Assembly (NCBI GenBank): GCA_951406725.2
Contig: OX597827.1
Coordinates: forward strand, 11,780,001 to 11,844,000
Length of the DNA: 64,000 nucleotides
From: Octopus vulgaris
Lineage: Eukaryota
Direction: 5' to 3'
The position numbers and the translations under genes are program-made. The notes under the pieces were generated by a model. It was not told where the DNA came from. It worked only from the letters and a program-made list of their open reading frames with translations, and did not search any database. Shown here piece after piece: positions 55,032 to 64,000 of the stretch; positions within the stretch are counted from its first letter, which is position 1, and each line of letters starts with the position of its first letter.

Positions 55032-55033
<2 letters not shown>
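54833..55033 (+). mobile_element. Family E copy (hammerhead motif 54904-54938)
   Basis: GTTT-CCGACGA-A-GAGC-TCC-GCTC-GAAAC-GTT-AAAC; (TA)n on both sides. Confidence 0.75.
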
Positions 55034-55076
<43 letters not shown>

Positions 55077-55361
55077 CACCATGTAGATTATTGATAGCCA
55101 ATAAGTTTCCAGTATAAGGGTTAGTCTATCATTGATCTTAGTAGTGTTACTAGTTATGATATACAGAACATATGTAAAAGAAAAATTGTGATAAATCCAA
55201 TTATTAATTATTAGCTCCTAAACACACGTCAGTACTGCAGCAATTCGGAACTCCGAATTGGATGTTCCAAGTACATTTGGGTTAGGGATCCACATGCACT
55301 TGGAACATCTAATTCTTCATTCCAAATAGGAAAAGAAAGTGGGAGGGGCAGTGAGAGAGAG

Positions 55362-55408
<47 letters not shown>

Positions 55409-55738
55409 ATAATGGTGCAAAAACTGCAAAATGATAATAAGAAATATTATGATGCTAGGCTTGCAGGGAAATATTTAGAACAAAATGAAGCAACGCTTGA
55501 AATAGAAACAATAAAAAAGAAAACAAGATGGGAATATACCTCATCATGTTTGATGGGTATTATGTGCACTCTCCCCACCTCACATACACATGTAATATAT
55601 GTGTATTTATTCATATATGTAAATTGTATGTGTATGCATATATGTATATATACATACATACATAGTATATATATATATACATATATATATACATATATAT
55701 ATATATGTATATGTACTATGTGTGTGTGTATTTATATC

Positions 55739-55822
<84 letters not shown>

Positions 55823-55837
55823 GTATGTGTATATATT

Positions 55838-55903
<66 letters not shown>

Positions 55904-56069
55904 TAAATTGTGTGTGTGTGTGTGTGCACATGTGTGTATTTATAATATTTACAGAAGACACTAAGCTCCAGAAAGCTAGCCACTAAGAAGATGATGCAAT
56001 ACAATCCAGTCTGATCTATTTTTTCCAAATCAATGCACACAATCAAAAACAATATGTAACAAAACAGAA

Positions 56070-56395
56070 GGCAATTTGAAGCTATGCACTTTGGGAAAAA
56101 AACTGTTTTTCAACAAGCATATTGTCTTCCCTTAGGAGAACTGTGCATGGCTTCTAATACTATGAGAGACCTAAGAGTAATTGTTGATGATAACTTCAAT
56201 TGGAGCATCCACATCAACAACAAAGTTGATAAGAAGTGTGGGATTATAAGCTCCTGGGTCATGAGAACTTTCAGACCCAGAGGGCCAGATAACATCACTC
56301 ATATTTAGTAGGGTCACACTTAGCAAACTGTTGCCTACTGTAGTCTCCACTTACTAAACAAAGCATTATGTGAATTAATACACCCCAGAAGACAA
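56070..56395 (+). mobile_element. CR1/L2-like LINE RT fragment
   Basis: MHFGKK..MRDLRVIVDDNFNWSIHINNKV..SWVMRTF (RDLGVxVDxxLxWxxHI motif). Confidence 0.7.
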
Positions 56396-56404
56396 TTAAT
56401 TGTA

Positions 56405-56650
56405 AATGTGGTGTGCAGTGTGCAGGAGAGATGACTGGGTTGGTATAGCGTGTGATGCATATGGACAAGGACAGCTGTGTAAAGAAGTGCTGGTCCCTAA
56501 TTGTGGAGGGAACCTGTAGAAGGAGTAGATTCAGGAAGTCATGGGACAAAGTGGCGAAGCATGCTCTTTGAACATTGGGCCTCACGGAGGTAATGACAAG
56601 TGTCTATTACCTTTGGCAATATGCCGTGCTTTTAGAAGATCCATCAAGCC
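56405..56650 (+). mobile_element. RTE LINE ORF-end fragment, inverted relative to 57660-57880
   Basis: MDKDSCVKKCWSLIVEGTCRRSRFRKSWDKV. Confidence 0.75.
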
Positions 56651-56799
56651 AAAATCAACAAAAATGATGAATAGAATAAGTTCATAGCTTAAAAAGAATA
56701 AGTTGATTCAGTTAGCTGAAGATTCTTCTAGGCAGTTTACCATCATAACTGTAGTCTGATGAATGAAACAAGTAAATTAATAAAAGAATATATGTGCGT

Positions 56800-56830
<31 letters not shown>

Positions 56831-58015
56831 CCATCTTTTAATGCTCACTTTCCATGCTGGCATGGGATGGACGGTTTGACTGGGGACTGGTGAGCCAGAT
56901 GGCTGCACCATGCTCCAGTCTGATCTGGCAGAGTTTCTACAGCTGCATGCCCTTCTTAATGCCAACCATTCTGAGAGTGCAGTGGGTGCTTTTACGTGTC
57001 ACCGGCATGAGGGCCAGTCAGGCAGTACTGGCAACGGCCACGCTCAAATAGTGTTTTTTACATTGCCACCTGCACAGGACCCAGTCCAGCAGCCCTGGCA
57101 ATGAACTCGCTCAAATGTTGCTTTTCCCGGCCCATCGGTCAGTACAAGTGCCAGTAAGGCTATGCTGGTAATGGTCATGCTTGAATGATGGTTTTTATAT
57201 GCCACTGGCATGGGAGCCAGTTAGTGGCACTGGCAATGATCATGCTCGGTTGTGGCGAGCTGGCAGAAATATTAGAAATGCTTCGCGGTATTTCGTCTGT
57301 CGTTACGTTCTGGGTTCAAATTCCGCCGAGGTCGACTTTGCCTTTCATCCTTTCGGGGTCGATTAAATAAGTACCAGTTATGCACTGGGGTCGATATAAT
57401 CGACTTAATACCTATGTCTGTCCTTGTTTGTCCCCTCTATGTTTAGCCCCTTGTGGGTAATAAAGAAATAGGTACTCTTAGCGTTCCACTAGCACAGATG
57501 CCAGTCAGGTGGTACTGTCATCGGCCACATCAGCGAATTTGATTTCGATTTCACTTGCCTCAACAGGTCTTCACAAGTAGAGTTTAGTGTCCAATGAAAG
57601 AAAGGTATGCATAAGTGGGCTGGTTACACCCCTGTCATAGGCCATGAGTTATGGTCTCACTTGGCTTGCCGGGTCTTTCCAAAGGTCTTGGTCACTAGTC
57701 ATTGCCTTGGTGAGGCCTAATGTTCGAAGGTTGTGCTTCACTACCACATCCCAGGTCTTCCTGGGTCTACCTCTTCCACAGGTTCTCTCAACAGTTAGGG
57801 TGTGACACTTTTTCACACAGCTATCCTCATCCATTCTCACCACATGATCATACCAGTGCAGTTGTCTCTCTTGCACACCACATCTGATGCTTCTTAGGTC
57901 CAACTTTTCTCTCAAGGCACTTACACTCGGTTGTGTATGCACACTTACATTACACATCCTGTGGAGCATACGGGCTTCATTCCTTGCAAGCTGACACATG
58001 TCCCCAGCAGTCATG
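56800..58015 (-). mobile_element. RTE LINE, 5'-truncated (ORF end, 3' UTR, (GAT)n), with a nested SINE C at 57252-57473
   Basis: ORF 57649..58044: RNEARMLHRMCNV..QLHWYDHVVRMDEDSCVKKC..RGRPRKTW..DQDLW, a typical RTE C-terminus. Confidence 0.85.
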
Positions 58016-58032
58016 GTGTGTATATATATATT

Positions 58033-58275
58033 GTGGAGGCGCATGGCTTAGTGGTTACGGCGTCAATCGTAAGATTGTGATTTCGATTCCTGGACCGGGC
58101 GATGTGTTGTGTTCTTGAGCAAAACACTTCATTTCACGTTGCTCCAGTCCTCTCAGCTGGCAAAAAGGAGTAACGCTGCGATGGACTGGCGTCCTGTCCA
58201 GCTGGGGAACACATACGCCATTGAAACCAGGAAACCAGGCCCAATGAGCCTGGCTAGGCTTTAAAAGGGCGCATG
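58033..58275 (+). mobile_element. CORE-type SINE with the CTGCGATGGACTGGC tail
   Basis: A/B boxes, TGTTCTTGAGCAAAACACTT; tail shared with 9774-10080. Confidence 0.75.
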
Positions 58276-58312
58276 TATTTTATATATGTACATATATGTT
58301 TATATATATGTA

Positions 58313-58620
58313 TGGAGGCACAATGGCCCAGTGGTTAGGGCAGCGGACTCGCGGTCATAGGATCGCGGTTTCGATTCCCAGACTGAGCGTTGTGAGTGTT
58401 TATTGAGCAAAAACACCTAAAGCCCCATGAGGCTCTGCCAGGGGATGGTGGTGTTCCCTGCTGTACTCCTTCGTCACAACTTTCTCTAACTGTTTCTTCT
58501 GTTGGCCTGCTCGCTTAGCCGGCGGGGTGGCGTCATTTGATGGCTAAAACAATGCAAAGCCCATTGTGACCAGCGATGTGTAGCAAGATCTGATAGCCTG
58601 GTCGGTGCCGGTGACGGTGA
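58313..58620 (+). mobile_element. SINE: B head with the third tail type
   Basis: Matches 46713-47011. Confidence 0.8.
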
Positions 58621-59172
58621 TATATGTATGTATGTATGTATGTATATATGTATATATATATAAAATAGCTGTTAGCAATAGTCACAATATTTGTAACAAA
58701 TGATAATCAGTACAAATAATATAATTAAATGTGTTGACTAGATGACCTTCAAACTTCTATCAACATCCGGAGGTATCATCTCATGACTATATTGGCTGAT
58801 GAAAATATCCCCCAACACTATATCACGTGATTTCTCCATTTTCTCCAGATTAGATTATCAGCAGTACGTCAGCTTCGCAGCAACTGATTTTCGTTCTGGC
58901 ATCTGATGCAAGGCCGCGCTGCTGCTGCTGCTGCTGATGATGATGATGACAGACAGCAAACAGTGAAGTCATGTGATAGAGTTGTGACATCCACTCATAC
59001 AGATGATGATTTCATCAGCTGGCACGGTAGGCTTAACGAGTTTCTGTTGTCAACTCATCATGGTATTTCTGGATGTTGATTACAAGTTAAAGACAATCTT
59101 GTCAACACATCCAATTATGTTGATGATGTTGCAGTGAAAGATAAAAGACCACAAAACACTTATAGGTTTTAA

Positions 59173-59811
59173 CCCTTTAGCATTTAAACTGGCCACATCA
59201 TCCAGCCAAAATAATTTATCTGTCTTGTGTTCAAACCAGCCAGCTGCTCTCTCTCTCACATCTCTCCAACAAAGTCATTCTAAAAATAAACAATCACATC
59301 ATCGAAATCTCAAAGCTAGGAGATAACGCACGATTAATTCAAAACAACATGATTAAGTAAGTATAAAAAATATATATAAAAAATACAAAATGGGACAAGA
59401 ACGCAAAATACACAAAGAGATGAACACAAAAAAACGGACGGGTCATTCGAAGCCTCTAATCTTCAGTCAGGAACCGGATCATCCTAGCAAATTTAGGCTG
59501 ATCAATCCTGATATCGCTCCGATCTGGCCAGCCCCAAGGAAAAACTAAGCTGCGAGCATTAGATTTCTTGGAAAAAGGATCGAATGTATATGAAACAAGG
59601 ACAGAAAAATGGACGATGCCACACGAATATAAATACAAAAACCAAAAATAAAATTAAAACAAGAATGGTAATAACAGGACAAAAACAGCGGGTGTCTTAT
59701 GACTTTAGACAGTTTAACGTATCTTAGCTGGCATATTTTGAAATAAATGCCTTTGCGGCAGACGAAGAAAACGGTCATTACATTTGACAGACTAGTCTGA
59801 ATACTAAAGGG
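59173..59811. mobile_element. piggyBac-type MITE carrying a ~415-bp nested insertion (~59364-59778)
   Basis: TTAA|CCCTTTAGCATT ... AATACTAAAGGG|TTAA; flanking parts align with 50811-51018. Confidence 0.75.
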
Positions 59812-59901
59812 TTAAATATTTTTTTGTTAATAGTTTGACTCAGAATTGCCCCTCTACAAATTAGCAACCACTGAAAGTATTGTTAATTTTTTGCCTAGAT
59901 A

Positions 59902-60880
59902 TTGTGTTGAGTCAAAAGTTTTGAAATATTTTAGTAACTTATTTGCTTTATTAATCAAGTTACAACAAAGTGGCTTAGTATTCAAAATGGAGGCCATTCT
60001 GTTGCACTGTCTGTACTCCAAACAGCTGGAGCAGATGTATGCTATTGTGTGACAAGAATACCTGGCATTGGTTAACAGAAAGCAAACTCTTCTGCAGCAA
60101 GACAATGCAAGACCTCATGCAACTCAAATTCCCCCACATTAAACTCTATGAACTTGAGAGTAGCAAGCTGATGCTAAACCCAGCATGTAGACCTGACCTA
60201 GCTCACTCGGAGTATGACTTGCTCTGATCCATGGCTCACTTCCTGCTCTCTTTTACTCTTTTACTTGTTTCAGTCATTTGACTGTGGCCATGCTAGAGCA
60301 CCGCCTTTAGTCGAGCAAATCGACCTCAGGACTTATTATTTGTAATGCTAGTACTTATTCTATCGGTCACTTTTGCCGAACCGCTAAGTTACCGTGACAT
60401 ATACACACCAGCATCGGTCATCAAGCGATGTTTGGGGGAACAAACACAGACACGCAAACATACACACACACACATATATACACATATATACGATGGGCTT
60501 CTTTCAGTTTCCGTCCACCAAATCCACTCACAAGGCTTTGGTTGACCCGAGGCTATAGTAGAAGACACTTGCCCTAGATGCCATGCAGTGGGACTGAATC
60601 CGGAACCATGTGGTTCATAAACAAGCTACTTACCACACAGCCACTCCTACGCCTCACAATGGTTTATCAATGAAGAAGAAGTGGAAGGTTCAGTGAAAGA
60701 GTTCTTTGCCTTGAAGGACAAGAACTGATATCAGTATGAGATCAAAGAACTGGCAGAAATGTGGCTTCAGATGGTACAACACAATGGCCTCTACATTAAA
60801 TGCCAGGCTGCCTTTGTTTTAACTTGACAAATGAAACAAATAACTTCTAAAAATATTGCAAAACTTTTGACTCAACATAT
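59902..60880 (+). mobile_element. Internally deleted mariner transposon interrupted by SINE A
   Basis: TA flanks; TIRs TGTTGAGTCAAAAGTTTTG / CAAAACTTTTGACTCAACA; transposase relic LLQQDNARPH..PACRPDLAHSEYDLL*SMAHFL..EEEVEGSVKEFF..IKELAEMW..NGLY. Confidence 0.88.
60246..60653 (-). mobile_element. SINE family A
   Basis: Matches the other A copies. Confidence 0.9.
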
Positions 60881-61043
60881 TATTACTGCATGGTGAAGTG
60901 GCCATGGCTTCTAAATAAAGATGATTTGATTTGATAATAACTGAACCTTTTGCCTAACTGCTATTTTCCAGTATAAGGGAAAACTGGTTATTTGGTGATT
61001 TGAAGAGAATGTTTACTCTGCATCTGGGGGAGGAATTACAGCC

Positions 61044-61825
61044 GTGTTTTGTGGTCTGCTACCACAACAGCTCCTTTATAGGATCCAGTTAGCTCAAGAC
61101 ATCATCAGGAGAAACCACGTCGGGTTTCGGCCCCTACTCCTCTACCGTTTTGATGTGGCGGGGCCCCCCCTTTCGGAGGTGTCTTCAGCTCTGGTGTTGG
61201 GTGCATGTCTTCTTTCTTCTGTTCCCTGGTCTCTTCGATGTATCGTCAGCAAGTGTCAGCCGGTGACTGACTGACTTGTCAAATTTTTCCCTTTAAATAC
61301 CTGCTGCTAGGCTCCAGCAGACAGCCCCAGCAAGTTGTCACGTGACACTGTCTCACCTTAACTGACTAGTGAAGGCACGTAGTCTTAGCCCGTGCATTCT
61401 CTAAACAACCGTCACCTGTCAGTCAGCGAAGCTGATTCAGTATCAGCTTGTTTCACTTAGTGATGTTATTTCGGGTCCAGTGAAGGGTAAAACTTCAGGT
61501 CCTTCAGGTCCAGTTAAGGGTAAAACTTTCTCCCTGTATCATTTTATCTGGAAGCTTTAAGATCAGAGAAATGACCAACCCAGTATAACCTGGAACATAT
61601 TCCCCAACAAAGTTCTTTTCATTTCTATAGCAGAGTACTCTCTCTTTATCTCTAAGAGAAAACCTACTTATATTGTAACAGCCCACTGTATCCCTTAACT
61701 CTTAATTAACTAATTTTGTATTGAAATTTCTACTGAAAACAAAAGTAACTATACCTCTGTATTGTACAAGAGTTGCTTTCCTCCCAATAGCTCGCTAGTA
61801 TTTGAAATAACAGTTAGTTGTTACA
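61044..61825. other. Unclassified GC-richer segment, possibly a solo LTR
   Basis: Starts TGT and ends TGTTACA; TATA-like TTTAAATA, hairpin AAGCTGAT..ATCAGCTT, duplicated GGTCCAGTNAAGGGTAAAACTT; no clear TSD. Confidence 0.3.
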
Positions 61826-62042
61826 AAATTAATAGTTGTACCGACTGATTTGAACTTGCCTATGTGAACAAATGTCATTTTATCAGCCAGTGGCAATCAG
61901 CTTTATTTAGAAACCATTTCTCAGTATTATAACCTACAAATGACCAGACATGCTTTTATCTTTTTGTTATTTTTATTTGAGAAACTTTTACTAATGCACA
62001 TCTTGGTCAAACAATATAAATCTTCACAAATACGTACATATA

Positions 62043-62446
62043 GGCGCAGGATTGGCTGTGTGGTAAGTAGCTTGTTAACCAACCACATGGTTCTGGGTTC
62101 AGTCCCACTGCGTGGCATCTTGGGCAAGTGTCTTCTGCTATAGCCCCGGGCCGACCAATGCCTTGTGAGTGGATTTGGTAGACGGAAACTGAAAGAAGCC
62201 TGTCGTATATATGTATATATATATATGTGTGTGTGTTTGCGTGTCTGTGTTTGTCCCCCTAGCATTGCTTGACAACCGATGCTGGTGTGTTTACGTCCCT
62301 GTCACTTAGCGGTTTGGCAAAAGAGACCGATAGAATAAGTACTGGGCTCACAAAGATTAAGTCCCGGGGTTGATTTGCTCGACTAAAGGCAGTGCTCCAG
62401 CATGGCCGCAGTCAAATGACTGAAACAAGTAAAAGAGTAAAAGAGT
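62043..62446 (+). mobile_element. SINE family A
   Basis: Matches the other A copies. Confidence 0.9.
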
Positions 62447-62866
62447 ATACATACTGCACAAGCAGCATGAGTTATAAGATCTAAGATAAATTAAAGCCGA
62501 TTTGTGTGCAGTTTATAACAGCTAACTGTGGATAGTAAACAGATGTAAATACAGCTTGTTATTCTCTTTTTATAGACACCCACACAAATACAAATATATA
62601 TTTTCTTTGCCTTTCTCCACTTATTTTCCATACGAAGCTTCTTTCAAACACCTTATTGATCTAAGCATTTTGAATAGACAAAACACAAAGAAATAACTAA
62701 ATATACTTCACAATAATTTCATTTATTATCATTTATTAATTACTAGAAACCATGTCAAAAACAATAGCCTTAATTTCCCACCATTTTATGACAAATTAAC
62801 CATTTGACATCTAACTAGATCTATGTACTTACAAACTAATTTTTCTGTATATCTTACAGCTGTTTA

Positions 62867-62899
<33 letters not shown>

Positions 62900-62950
62900 A
62901 TACATATACACAAATGTATACATAAAATATATGTTATATATATATACATG

Positions 62951-63004
<54 letters not shown>

Positions 63005-64000
63005 ATTTACAAAATGTAAATTATTTACAATTTGTAAATTATTTATAAATTTAACCTTTAAAGGTATTTTTTGATATGTTGGCCATTGATAAAATTTTTT
63101 TCCCCAAAAAAATTTTATCCTACATTAGTATATATATATATATATATATATACAGGTGTAAATAATGGTTATTCCATAATATTCTTTAATTGTAGTGTCA
63201 ACTTATTGCTGTTTCTGGTAGTCAATAGAAGTTTGTTCATTGATTGATTTACTAAATGTGTGTGTTTGTGTGTGTGTATATATATTGTATATATATATAT
63301 ACACACACACATATATATATGTATGTGTATATGTAGGTATGTTTCTATGTTCATATATAAATGGAACAATGTACTTATCTACTATTAATCTTTCTCTCTC
63401 TCTCTCTTGTTCACTCTTTCACTCTCACTCCTTCTCAAGCTGAAATGTCTCCAGGACCGCTGAAATAAATTTTATGAGGCAGAACACGATACCTTTTAAA
63501 CTCCCTGAAGCGGCAAGCTCCTCTCAAAATTGAAGATTTAATGTCCAAATGGACCTGAAATCTTCGATTTTATACTTTCAATAAAAATAATGGTATAGCA
63601 AGAAATTCGAAAAGTATCATTTTGCTTCTTTCCTTTGTAGAGATATATGGTTTTGATAAACAGCGTAGTGTAAAAAGCTCTAGCTGCCTGATTATGAGAG
63701 CACAATTGAACATAATAGTTAATTTCAGACTGGTAGATTTTTTTAAAATGCTTTATTCCTTATAAAATAGACTGGCCAGATAACAATATACTTTATATTA
63801 AGCCATGATAAGCTTCAGTAGCTTATCTAATGAGCTGTTTCTAGCTTTGATTTTTTTTTTCTTTCATTTTTTTTTTCTTTCATTTTTTTTTTCTGCTATC
63901 TGCAAAAATTTGTAATAGCACCACTAAAATCAGTTTCTTTGGTAATGCCTGCTTCATTACTCAGTCATGGTAAATCAGCAGATCAGGTTTGAGACATGGT

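Noticed and set aside
58849-58906. Possible terminal exon after TTTCTCCAG (LDYQQYVSFAATDFRSGI*)
   Set aside because: Short, no homology, no upstream exon found.

Overview
AT-rich, repeat-saturated eukaryotic DNA, very probably an octopus (coleoid cephalopod) intron or intergenic region. The assignment rests on abundant (TA)n/(ATT)n/(GAT)n/(CTAT)n microsatellites, tRNA-derived SINEs resembling the octopod OK/OR types, and a C2H2 zinc-finger relic. I found no intact protein-coding gene, and most supplied ORFs are microsatellite or SINE artefacts. Contents: about 20 copies of a ~410-bp SINE (my label 'A'); tRNA-Arg-headed SINEs ('B'); a ~230-bp SINE ('C') including a 1.8-kb tandem/nested array; CORE-type SINEs; fragments of RTE, BovB-like RTE, R4/Dong, CR1, Tx1 and CRE-like LINEs; a deleted mariner; piggyBac and hAT MITEs; a non-autonomous Helitron; and a SINE-disrupted C2H2-ZNF pseudogene. 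The most interesting signal is a set of short (TA)n-embedded, Penelope-like non-autonomous elements carrying type I hammerhead ribozyme motifs. At least four sequence types are present, including non-canonical cores (CCGACGA, CUGUCGA) and an apparently complete hammerhead with a 58-nt stem-II loop inside a fold-back. Family letters are my own labels, no database search was run, and element boundaries were read by eye (about +/-10 bp).
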